DNA of 64,000 nucleotides from contig OZ271918.1 of the NCBI GenBank assembly GCA_965602015.1, forward strand, positions 2,912,001 through 2,976,000, read 5' to 3'. The position numbers and the translations under genes were made by a program. This DNA comes from Salinispira sp. (lineage in GTDB: Bacteria; Spirochaetota; Spirochaetia; DSM-27196; Salinispiraceae). Positions 48,591-58,240 of the stretch are shown here, piece after piece; position 1 is the stretch's first letter, and the number at the start of each line of letters is the position of its first letter. The notes under the pieces are model-generated. The model had not been told where the DNA came from and ran no database searches. It saw only the letters and a list, made by a program, of their open reading frames with translations.

Positions 48591-49786
48591 TTATTTCCGT
48601 TGATCGATAATTCCCTGGATTTGACGGAATTTAAACCGGGAGACGATCTCTTCGTATTTACCGTATGCCTGTGCAGCGATTTCCTCCCAGGAAATATACA
48701 GGAAATCCTTGGCTCCAATGCCGACTTGCCGAAGATTATCCTCATTGCCGAGTACAGTCATTATTTTACCGGCATATGATTCGGGATCATTCTCTGCAAA
48801 AAACCGTTTTTTCCGTCAATAATTCCGTTGGCGGTTGTTGCCCCTTCAACAAAAACTGTCGGGATGGCAAATCCCGCAGCTTCCCTGGTTGCTAAAGAGG
48901 CATTGTCATACAAAGAGGGAAACAGCATCAGGTCGCTGGCGGCAAAGACCTTCCTGAGATCCTGTCGATCATAGATAGGTCCGGTAAACTGAACATGATT
49001 ATCCAATCCCGATTTACTGACCAGATCCCGTATTTCTTCCAAATCGCTTCCGTTCCCCACCATCCTCATCTGGAAACCTCGGTTTTCCTGTTTGAGAATC
49101 TTGAGGCTTTGGATGAGTAGTTTGAGGTTTTTCACCCAGCGCTGCTGCCCCAGATAGAGAAGCACCGGTGATGTACCGTCAACGTTCAAGATTTCCCGGC
49201 CTTCGGCTGCAAGCGCTTTTCGATCCTCACCGGCAGAGAGGGCAATGTCGCTTCCGTTTGGTACGTAATCGACGGGGCCTCGATAGCCATACTCCCTCAA
49301 TGTTTCGATGATCGCTTCGTTCGGCACCCAGACTGCATCGGCCTGCTCGTAAAATCCGACGATAAATTTCACCGCCTGATTGATGGTAATGTCGAGCATC
49401 ATCCAATTCGCAAAATCATCACGGCACTTGGAATGGAATGTGGCAACTATTGGGATTTTCCTTTTTTGGGCTAAGGTGTACGCATAGTTACCGCTTACGA
49501 AGGGACAATGGGCGTGCACCAGATCGAATGGTATTTCCTCGATAGTCTGGTTAAACTCCCGGTCAACCCTGGGGAAACCGAGGCGGTAGGGGTCGGCAAT
49601 CTTCAACCTCAGTGACTGGAACCGGAGAACGTTCGGGTCAGTATCCTGATAATCCGGTACTTTCGGCCCGATGGCAAAGCTCGGGGCATGATTACGATTC
49701 AGCCAATAGGCGTAATTGCTTGCGGTGATCGCGACCCCATCCATAATGGGAGGTAGGGAATCGTTGAACTGTCCGCTAATGATCAC
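48591..49786 (-). pseudogene. GT4 glycosyltransferase with a frameshift near 48800
   Basis: HAHCPF, FPSLYDNASL..REAA; frame stops at 48761 but the -1 frame continues AENDPESYAGKI...ISWEEIA...YEEIV to TAA at 48591. Confidence 0.8.
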
Positions 49787-49943
49787 ATGACGCTCCTTTG
49801 GATTTTAATGCGATCCTGTACCCCGATAAATATATGTACTATTTATTTCCCATTCAAGCCGGACTTACCCAGCCTCCGGCCAGGATATAGAGCTTTGATG
49901 ATTTACTATTCAAAACGCTGACCGGAGTATTTCGTTTGCGCAA

Positions 49944-51133
49944 TCAAAAAACCTTGAACCATGAGAGCTGAAATGTTGATAAGTCAATCGCCGTGATTTC
50001 TACCTTGCCATCTATATCGTTCACTAAAAACAATGTGTCATCCAAAATCTGAGGTGGTGAATTCGGCCAGAGATTCAAAAGCACCTCACTGGGTATCTTA
50101 GATAAATCACCCGTGATTGGATCAACTTCGTAAAACCACCATTCAATGCGGGGTATTATCCCATCGAGATAATTAGAGTCGGGCCCTGTTCCTGCAATGG
50201 CATATATTTTGGCATCGTGTACAAACATATCCCAAATTATATGATGAGAAGCTTCTCGATTCAGTTCTACTGAACGATCTAAATCGCCAGAAATAGCATC
50301 GAATTCATGTAATATCGGGGTCTCATAATCCCAGTATCCTGTTGCCTGATTTGACTTTTCATCTATGGCGTTTTGCGCTTCCATCCATAAGTTGCCGTTG
50401 TGAATAAACATATTCCAAAATGAAACACTCGGACTTGATGCAGTGAGTAATTTTGAACTGGTCATTGTGCCAGCCGAAATATGCCAGAGTTCGTAAGTAC
50501 CATTATTGTTTATGGATGTGTACCAAACATTGCCTTTTAAATCAGAAATGGCTGAACTAAAGCTTCCGCTCGGTACAGTACTTCCGTTGAAAGCTCTCCG
50601 GTATTGAGATCAATTTCCCTAATGGGAAACCCCAACTCTCTTCGGTTGCCGTAGAAAATAATTGCTTTACTACCTTCTTCTTGAGATAGCAGGACATGCC
50701 AGGGTTTATCTTCTCCGGTTGAATACCTCTTTTCTATGCTCCCTGTACTTCGTTCGAAGCCCACAAGTGCAGATTCCCCCTGCACAGAATACCAATCTAT
50801 ATTCTGTCTGGAATCGTAAAAACTGTTTCGTTGCCAGATTAATTTATTAGTAATTACCCCTTCGGAAACCTTCGATTGGGATTCGGGATCGATGACCAAA
50901 GAGGTAGCCACACCGACACGTCTTGAAGAGCTGATACCTCGGGCATTCGGCATTGATCTTAGCAAATCAGGGCTATAACCATTCAGCACTACCAGGGGCG
51001 ATGCTATATGATCGTATGGAAGAGGTTCTGCGAATTTTTTTAACATCCAATCATCCGAAAGATTACAGCCAACAATAGTTAATACAGTATAAAAGAGTGC
51101 TGCAACCAGCAGCACCCAATTTGATTTAGTCAT
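49944..51133 (-). pseudogene. Beta-propeller-like lipoprotein split by a frameshift (~50540-50610)
   Basis: Lipobox IVGC; the same blade motif (FERSTG, IDLNTG, FDAISG, VDPITG, IDLST) occurs in both ORFs, whose open frames overlap. Confidence 0.6.
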
Positions 51134-52193
51134 GGTAAACAATCGTCGTATTTTCATCATTTATTATTCCTGCAATATCTGCCCAGGGGGTGCCGCAGAT
51201 GCCAATACCCTGCTGGTACGAGGCTCGCCATGCAAGCGATGTGCAATAGAAGCTATTAGTCGGCGTTTTGAGAGCAAGGTTATAATTGTACGGCTTCCCT
51301 CTCTGTGCAAGTGCATAATTCACTGCTCCGGATCTTTTCGAAGACGACACATTGGGCTTAGCATAATACCCTTTGAGGAATCCAGTCCATACCCAATAAT
51401 GTTCATGAACATTCAGGTAGGTAATATGAGGGTTAGGTACCTCCGGATAAGATCCTAACCAATAGTTAACCGGCTCAGGGTCTACGACATTCTGCCCTCC
51501 ATTCCAATGTGATCCCCCATTTCCCCAGGCAGACATCGTGAAGTCGTCAGTGCTATTTGTTGTCCATTCAGGGCGCCAAGAATTTGATCCATTAGCAATT
51601 ATCGACCCATGCCCTAAGCCTGATCCTGAACTGCCGCTTGATGCCCCCAAAGTCCCGACAATGTTTCCATTTTTATAGTGAGATCGAAACATACTCAGAC
51701 GATTTGCAGCAAATCCTCTGGCAGTTGTCATAGGTGCAGCATTTTGATGATGTTCAATCGATTGTAACTCAGTGCTTAATCTGTCGAAAAACGTTTCACT
51801 CCCGCGACTGGATGGAGACATGAGCTCTGCCGTCCGATTAAACGCTATCAGATAGTCTCGCAAAAAAGGTACCTGCTCGATGTTTCCGAGAATAGCTTGA
51901 GCTTGCTGATTTTTCCATTGACGGGTTATGTATTCCTGTTCCTCTGGGCTGAGATCCTCCCATTCTATCAACCCACCATCCTCATCAAAAATGGGAATCT
52001 CAAGCTCGTATCCAATCATCTCGCCTGATGGTGCGGAACGACTGTTTATCCCCTCCGAGCCCAATAAATTGTCGATATAATTGCTTACAATCTCCTGATC
52101 AGAATCTTGCACAGCAACCGGAACGATCCCATTACAACCAGAAAGAACTAACACGACCGTCAGTGTTAGAAGTGTGAAAATAGACTTTTTCAT
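51126..52193 (-). CDS. Lipoprotein with permuted papain-like NlpC/P60 (YiiX/YebB) domain
   Basis: Lipobox LSGC; His-first GHGSII then AVNYALAQRGKPYN...FYCTSLAWRA; AGGAGG RBS. Confidence 0.82.
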   Translation of the reverse strand: MKKSIFTLLTLTVVLVLSGCNGIVPVAVQDSDQEIVSNYIDNLLGSEGINSRSAPSGEMIGYELEIPIFDEDGGLIEWEDLSPEEQEYITRQWKNQQAQAILGNIEQVPFLRDYLIAFNRTAELMSPSSRGSETFFDRLSTELQSIEHHQNAAPMTTARGFAANRLSMFRSHYKNGNIVGTLGASSGSSGSGLGHGSIIANGSNSWRPEWTTNSTDDFTMSAWGNGGSHWNGGQNVVDPEPVNYWLGSYPEVPNPHITYLNVHEHYWVWTGFLKGYYAKPNVSSSKRSGAVNYALAQRGKPYNYNLALKTPTNSFYCTSLAWRASYQQGIGICGTPWADIAGIINDENTTIVYHD

Positions 52194-52553
52194 CTATTGC
52201 CTCCTAACGAAGATACAGCAGAACAATTAATTTTAGTAAATACTTTTTATTTTTTTATTTTAATAGATTATATTATTAAATTAGTATTATTTTACTTTAT
52301 AGAACCACAATTCACTTTAACCTCCGCACTCAGTAAATTACATGAACTACAGCCGTGGGCTGCTTAGTGATAAACCTTGCCCAAATAAAAGGTCTTTAGC
52401 ATTTCGTCACATTGGGTCGATCAATACCGCACGAGCAGCGTGCATAGTGCCCTCTATTTCAAAGAAAATGGCGATTTGCATATCCGCGCTTCGACTGTAC
52501 TCTTTGCGGAAGCAATCTGGTAAACGAAAATTAGAGGAAAAATGAAATAGCCG

Positions 52554-52575
52554 ATATAGCAAGTTCTTGCTATAT
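52554..52575. promoter_or_regulatory. Perfect inverted repeat, possible operator
   Basis: ATATAGCAAG-TT-CTTGCTATAT in the divergent intergenic region. Confidence 0.4.
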
Positions 52576-52786
52576 GAGAATTGTGGTCGGTTTTTACTTC
52601 ATGGGTATTATGCCTGGCCGCTTTAACCGAATATGATTGAGGATTACCTCAAGCATCGCATCACACTGACCAGACAGTGCGAACCGTTATTTATCAGTTT
52701 CCCTACAGCATGTCGCGTAAGCAAATCCTTCGAAATAATGCAGATAAACGGGGACATACTTTTGATCCATGCTATAAAAGTATTGA

Positions 52787-53365
52787 ATGAAAAAGATTAC
52801 AGTAATTTTATGTCTGATTTATTTTTGCATTAATGTAATTGCCCAGGGCGATCTTCGTCCTGTCTTTGTAACGGAAACCCCTGAAGGCATTGTTGAGATC
52901 TTTTTCTCTCAAGACGGGTATCGCTCTGTAGTGTTCAGCTCGCCGGATCTCGAATCGGTGTATATCAATCAGGAAGGCAGTGCATTCCTGTCCGTAATTG
53001 GCGGTAATTACTACTTTTTTTCCGAAGCAGATTTAATTACAACTGACGCCATCTCCGGCGCTGTCCTGCTCGGCCACAACGGATCCGCCCAGATTTTGTT
53101 TTACAAAAAAGATGACCTCGCTCGACAACTTTGCATTTTTGACTTACGTACCGAGTCCATTAGCAAGACTGAGATTCAATACTCACATCAGATGACCGCG
53201 TATTGTGATAATCAAACCTGCATCCGTATTTATGAGCATGTTCTTCCGTCAGAATTGCAAGCAGCGAGACCCCGCTGGGTAGAAACTTTTAAAAATCGGT
53301 GGCCCGGCTCGGATTTACTCGGATATTCGGATGTCCGCGTAATTCAAGCGATAAGCACTTATTAG
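52787..53365 (+). CDS. Hypothetical exported protein
   Basis: Signal peptide MKKITVILCLIYFCINVIAQ; 192 aa. Confidence 0.6.
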   Translation: MKKITVILCLIYFCINVIAQGDLRPVFVTETPEGIVEIFFSQDGYRSVVFSSPDLESVYINQEGSAFLSVIGGNYYFFSEADLITTDAISGAVLLGHNGSAQILFYKKDDLARQLCIFDLRTESISKTEIQYSHQMTAYCDNQTCIRIYEHVLPSELQAARPRWVETFKNRWPGSDLLGYSDVRVIQAISTY

Positions 53366-53386
53366 TTTCTTCACTCCCGGCGGTGA

Positions 53387-54220
53387 TCAAAGCCCTTCGG
53401 CGATATCCGGAAAATACTTTTCTATAAGCTCGACCAAGGCGGCCTCGTCGCTGGTTTTGCTCAGCACCACGTCGGCCGCCATTTTTAACTCTTGTCGGGC
53501 GTTGGCGACGGCGGCGCCGACTCCGGCGGTCTTGATCATTTCGATATCGTTGAGACTGTCTCCCAGGGCGACGCATTCGCTCAAGGGTATTTGAAGCTTG
53601 GCGGCAAGCATCTCGAGGGCATGGCCCTTGCTCACCCCTGAGGCGACCACCTCCAGGTAATGGGGCTTTGAGAACATCAGCGATACCTGACCGCCGCTAA
53701 GCTCCTCAATGGCGTCCCTGTGCCGGAGAAGATCATGGTGATCGCCGATTATCAGCAGTTTTACCGACCCCTCGGGCAGGGCGTCTTCCAGTCTCGTTAC
53801 CATGTCTACGGGGAGGGAAGCGAGTTTGGCATACTCATCGGTCACACTGGGTCGGGTGCCCGGCCCGTTCTCAACCACGAATCCCGTGGAGTTATATCCC
53901 TGCACATGGAGGCTGTGCCGTCGGGCGTATTCCATAATCAGGGCGATGATCTGCGGACTAATAGCCTGTTCAAAGATGACATTCTCCGACAGGGCGGTGA
54001 CTACCCGACCGCCGTTAAATGAAATTATGTACTCGTCATCCGCCGGCTCTATTACCTTGTGAACGATTGGCTTCATGCTGGCGGTCGCCCGTCCCGAGCT
54101 CAGCACTACGGTAATTCCCGCCTCATGCATCAGCTGCAGGCCCCGTTTGGTGGCTTCGGGAAGGCTTCCGTCGTGAGCCAGTAGAGTGTCGTCCACATCA
54201 GAGGCAAATAATCGGTACAT
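53387..54220 (-). CDS. Cof-type HAD-IIB hydrolase
   Basis: DVDDTLL, SSGR, SKG...GDSLND. Confidence 0.92.
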   Translation of the reverse strand: MYRLFASDVDDTLLAHDGSLPEATKRGLQLMHEAGITVVLSSGRATASMKPIVHKVIEPADDEYIISFNGGRVVTALSENVIFEQAISPQIIALIMEYARRHSLHVQGYNSTGFVVENGPGTRPSVTDEYAKLASLPVDMVTRLEDALPEGSVKLLIIGDHHDLLRHRDAIEELSGGQVSLMFSKPHYLEVVASGVSKGHALEMLAAKLQIPLSECVALGDSLNDIEMIKTAGVGAAVANARQELKMAADVVLSKTSDEAALVELIEKYFPDIAEGL

Positions 54221-54234
54221 CCTTTCTCCTTATT

Positions 54235-55011
54235 TTAGCCCTTGCGGGGCTGATTTCCGCCGAAGAGCCATGAAAAACGCCGGCGGGTCTGATTGCGCAT
54301 GTTGTCCTGGTCGGGATTTCCGACGATGAGCTGGAAGTTGCGGCCCGAGGGACTAATCACCACGTACACAATCTCTCCCCGTCCGTCCATAATATTGTAC
54401 AGCTCGTAATTTCTGCCTCCGGATTGCCTGGCTATCATAACCGGGCTGCGGCCGAACTCGGCGATTATTTCTGGAAAATACATTTCCGAAAGGACGGCAT
54501 TGATCTGCTTTTTCACCAGATCGCTCCGGTTTTCGCCGGTTTTATCAAGATACTCGGTGCTCACGTAGACGATTTCCCCTGCGGCATTGACTACCAGTAT
54601 GGGCGACTCGAAGTTCTTCACCAGAAAGGCCAAGAGGGCGTTCATTCCGCGAATCTTTATCCCCCTTCTGCGGTTTGTCTGTATCAGTTCATTGTTTATC
54701 CGGTGGAAGTTCCGTCCCAAATCTCCAAGGCGCTCCTCGAGCAGCCTGCCTCCGTCTTCCATCCAGCGCTGACTGGCCATGAGGTTTTCTGCGGCCTGAC
54801 TTTGAGACCGGGCGCGAAGGAAAAGAATGATAGAAAGACTTCCGAGAGAGGCAGCCCCGATAATCGAGAAAAATACTATTCTCTCCGCAAGGAATTTTAC
54901 GGCGGCTGAATCCCGGGGCAGAATGTACCAACTGTAGAATCCCAGCCCGAAAACCGTCGCCACAGTCAGGACCAATGCAGTCCAGAAATACCGCCGGGGA
55001 ATGATGATCAT
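54235..55011 (-). CDS. Membrane protein with HAMP-like linker and PAS-like domain, no output domain
   Basis: 2 TM, coiled segment, PILVVNAAGEIVYVS PAS start. Confidence 0.6.
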   Translation of the reverse strand: MIIIPRRYFWTALVLTVATVFGLGFYSWYILPRDSAAVKFLAERIVFFSIIGAASLGSLSIILFLRARSQSQAAENLMASQRWMEDGGRLLEERLGDLGRNFHRINNELIQTNRRRGIKIRGMNALLAFLVKNFESPILVVNAAGEIVYVSTEYLDKTGENRSDLVKKQINAVLSEMYFPEIIAEFGRSPVMIARQSGGRNYELYNIMDGRGEIVYVVISPSGRNFQLIVGNPDQDNMRNQTRRRFSWLFGGNQPRKG

Positions 55012-55020
55012 TTCCGCCCC

Positions 55021-55719
55021 CTAAAGATTCTTGACCGTGTTGATGTCGTCATTGAACCCCACAACCATCAGAATATCATTGGCCTTGAGCTGCAGCTTTG
55101 CTTCGGGGAAAATCAGCTCGTCTTTGCTGTGGGGATTCCCCAGCTCGTCGACCTCCACATTGTCCCGCTTTATCGCCACGATGTTCAGCCTCAGTTTTGC
55201 CCGAAGATCGATTTCCTCCAGGGTCTTGTCGACGAAGTCCCGGGGGCAGTAGATCTCCGCCATACTGATGTTTTCGGATATGGGAATGAGGTCCAGAACC
55301 TGAGGCGCGATGAGCTTGACCGCCAGCTGCTCTCCCATCGCCTCCTCGATATTAATCACTTCGTCGGCGCCGATCTGGGTGAGAACCTGACGATGAAGGG
55401 GATTTATAGCCCGGGCCACCAGGTAGCGGACACCGGCTTTTTTAAGGAGGGCTGTGGCCAGAATGCTTCCCTCGACATTATCGCCGATGGCAACCACGCC
55501 GACGTCGGAATCTTCCAGGGACAGGCGCCGGTAGCCCTCTTCGTCGGTGGCGTCCATTATGACTGCCTGGGTGACGTGATTTTTCACCAGATTAACTCGT
55601 TCCTCGGAAGAATCGATGGCGATAACCTTTCCGCCCCGCTCAGCGATAATTTGACTCAGCTTCATGCCGAATGCTCCCAGGCCCACCACGGTGAACACCA
55701 GGTCTTTCATCTTTGCCAT
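55021..55719 (-). CDS. ktrA: Ktr/Trk K+ uptake regulatory subunit (RCK_N + RCK_C)
   Basis: VVGLGAFG, IGADEVINIE, DLRAKLRLNIVAIKR. Confidence 0.9.
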   Translation of the reverse strand: MAKMKDLVFTVVGLGAFGMKLSQIIAERGGKVIAIDSSEERVNLVKNHVTQAVIMDATDEEGYRRLSLEDSDVGVVAIGDNVEGSILATALLKKAGVRYLVARAINPLHRQVLTQIGADEVINIEEAMGEQLAVKLIAPQVLDLIPISENISMAEIYCPRDFVDKTLEEIDLRAKLRLNIVAIKRDNVEVDELGNPHSKDELIFPEAKLQLKANDILMVVGFNDDINTVKNL

Positions 55720-55723
55720 AATA

Positions 55724-57463
55724 CTATCCTATCAGAATTTCCTGCTCCGGATAAATCACATCGGACCCGGCCTGCCGGTCGGAGAGGGCCGTCAACAGCG
55801 TCAAAGGACCTATCCTTCCCATAAACATCAGTACGATAATTATTACCCGGCCAGTGCCGCTGAGATCTCCGGTAATGCCCCGGCTCAGACCTACGGTTGC
55901 AAACGCCGAAACCGTTTCAAAGAGCAGGTCGTCAAAGGCGCTTTGCTCGCTTAAAAGCAATAGGAAAAACCCGCCGCCCACGGCAAACACCGCGAAGACA
56001 AAAAGCACCAGGGCGTTGCTCGCGGTATTCCGGGTCAGGGCGAAATTAAAAAGCAGGACCCGATTTTGGGCCCGAAACCGGGACCGAAGATAGGCGAACA
56101 CCACCGCCAGGGTGTTCACCTTGATGCCACCGGCGGTTGACCCCGATGCGCCGCCGACGATCATGAACATGATGCTTATCCACACCGCCGCAGAGGAAAC
56201 CGCCGCGAAGTTCACCGTATTAAACCCGGCGGTCCGCAGGGTTACCGCCTGAAAGAACGACGCCAGGTACTGCTGTCCCAGGCCCAGGCTGGCCAAACTG
56301 TTTCCGTGCTCGCTGTAGTAAAACAACAGGGTGCTGGCAGCAAGCAATATAGCGGTGGTGCTGAGAACAACCCGGCTGTTAAGGCTGAGCTTGAGCACTC
56401 CGGACTTCCGGCTCCGGGGCCGCAGCCGGCCGGCGGTCACGGCTCCCAGGTTGATTATCACCGCGAAACTGATACCCCCAAGGATAATCAGGGCCGAAAG
56501 GGCTCCGTTAATTATCAGGTTATCACGGAAACCTTCGAAGCTGTCGGTGAACAGCGCAAAGCCCGCGTTACAGAACGCCGATACCGAGTGAAAGAGGCCG
56601 AACCACAGCGAGCGGCCGACCCCCATGCCCTCGAGGTAAAAACCCAGGGCCAGAATCAGCATCCCCACTGCCTCGATTGCCACCGTCAGGGTGACGATGC
56701 GCAGCATCGCCCGGTAGACCTGGCTGAGGTCTTCCTCATTGGTCATGTATGCAAGGGTAATTTTGTCCTTTAAATCGAGCTGACGGTTTATCACCCAGGA
56801 GGCAGTGTAGCTGAGCAGCATGATTCCAAGCCCTCCGGCTTGAATCAAAAGGAAGATGATGATCTGCCCGGCCAGGGTGAAATGGCTGGGGGTATCCACG
56901 ACGATAAGTCCGGTGACGCACACCGCCGAAGTGGCGGTGAACATGGCATCGATGATTCCAAGGCCCGTCCCGTCAACCGTAGAGAACGGCATCATCAACA
57001 GCAGCGCCCCCGCCAGGATTATCACCAGAAAACTGAGTACCAGGGTTTGGGCCGGATGGAGTGAAATGCTCTGCAGAAGACTGGAAACCTTCCGAATCCG
57101 GGGAATAATGCGGAAGTAGGAGAGGAAATTACGGATGATAATCAGCCCCGAGGCGGGAAACTGCCTCCCCCACTGGAGGTACCACTGAGGGTTTACCAAA
57201 ATGAACAGCACATATCCCATGTAGAGCAGGACCACCGCATTACCTATCGCATTGGTGCGCATCCAGTTCACCTTCCAGGGAGAACTGCGAAAGGAAAGAA
57301 TACTTTCGAAAATTACCGCGGCGGCCAACAGAAGCCGCAGTATGGTGGCCGGCGCACCGGTCGGCTCGCCGAATTGAATAAAAATGAGGAGCGCCGAGGC
57401 GAGGACCAGGCCGAGTATTAACAGCGTATCCAGGCTCCGCCGCATATTCTGCGGAGTATTCAT
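55724..57463 (-). CDS. ktrB: KtrB/TrkH K+ uptake membrane subunit with ~135-aa N-terminal 4-TM extension
   Basis: TATSAVCVTGL, SAFCNAGF, RTAGF, STAGGIK, SAFATVGLS, MFMGRIG. Confidence 0.92.
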   Translation of the reverse strand: MNTPQNMRRSLDTLLILGLVLASALLIFIQFGEPTGAPATILRLLLAAAVIFESILSFRSSPWKVNWMRTNAIGNAVVLLYMGYVLFILVNPQWYLQWGRQFPASGLIIIRNFLSYFRIIPRIRKVSSLLQSISLHPAQTLVLSFLVIILAGALLLMMPFSTVDGTGLGIIDAMFTATSAVCVTGLIVVDTPSHFTLAGQIIIFLLIQAGGLGIMLLSYTASWVINRQLDLKDKITLAYMTNEEDLSQVYRAMLRIVTLTVAIEAVGMLILALGFYLEGMGVGRSLWFGLFHSVSAFCNAGFALFTDSFEGFRDNLIINGALSALIILGGISFAVIINLGAVTAGRLRPRSRKSGVLKLSLNSRVVLSTTAILLAASTLLFYYSEHGNSLASLGLGQQYLASFFQAVTLRTAGFNTVNFAAVSSAAVWISIMFMIVGGASGSTAGGIKVNTLAVVFAYLRSRFRAQNRVLLFNFALTRNTASNALVLFVFAVFAVGGGFFLLLLSEQSAFDDLLFETVSAFATVGLSRGITGDLSGTGRVIIIVLMFMGRIGPLTLLTALSDRQAGSDVIYPEQEILIG

Positions 57464-57526
57464 AAGGCAACCTTAGTTTATCGCCGTCGATTGGACAAGC
57501 TCCCGGCCGATGGGTAGAATCAGGCT

Positions 57527-58240
57527 ATGAAACGCGCGTATGCACTCCGCCATGTGCTGTTTGAAGATCTGGGAATACTGGGAGAAATTCTCCCCCTTCG
57601 GGGCTATCAGGTCGAATACATCGATATGCCCGGCTTATCGCCGGACAACTGGTTTGGAATTGATGATGCCGACCTCATTGTAATTCTCGGCGGTCCGATG
57701 AGCGTCAATGATCCGGCAGACTACCCGTGGATAGAAAAGGAACTCAGCCTGATACGCCGGCGGCTGGCGAACCGACGGCCGACTTTGGGTATTTGTCTCG
57801 GCGCCCAGTTTATGGCAAAGGCCCTGGGCGCCCGGGTGTATCCGGGCCAAAAAAGGCAGATCGGTTGGGGCACCCTTGAGGTCACCGACGCGGGAGCCGC
57901 CGCCGGATTCTCTTCTTTCTCATCGGAGGGTAAGGCCCGGGTTCTCCACTGGCACGGGGAGACCTTCGACCTTCCCAGTGGCGCCGTCCGCCTTGCGGGA
58001 GACCCTATCTGCCCGAATCAGGCATTCGCCCTGGATAACTGGGGTCTGGCCCTGCAGTTTCACCTCGAGGCGGCCTACCCTGCCCTGGAACACTGGTTCG
58101 CCGGTCACTGCGCCGAGCTTGCCCAATCGCCGAAAGTTTCCATCAGCGAACTGCGGGAGCAGAGCATACAAGAAAGCCCGGCAGCAATCGATGCCGCCGG
58201 GCCGGTATTTGACAAGTGGCTAAGCGGGCTGGAAGCCTAA
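57527..58240 (+). CDS. Class I glutamine amidotransferase (GuaA-N-like, standalone)
   Basis: LGGPMSV, LGICLGAQ, HWHGETF, QFHLE. Confidence 0.92.
   Translation: MKRAYALRHVLFEDLGILGEILPLRGYQVEYIDMPGLSPDNWFGIDDADLIVILGGPMSVNDPADYPWIEKELSLIRRRLANRRPTLGICLGAQFMAKALGARVYPGQKRQIGWGTLEVTDAGAAAGFSSFSSEGKARVLHWHGETFDLPSGAVRLAGDPICPNQAFALDNWGLALQFHLEAAYPALEHWFAGHCAELAQSPKVSISELREQSIQESPAAIDAAGPVFDKWLSGLEA

Noticed and set aside
52342..52833. Small ORFs of 66-67 aa
   Set aside because: No convincing RBS or recognisable motif; probably spurious or remnants
57464..57526. c-di-AMP riboswitch upstream of ktrB
   Set aside because: The intergenic space is only 63 bp and is occupied by divergent promoter elements
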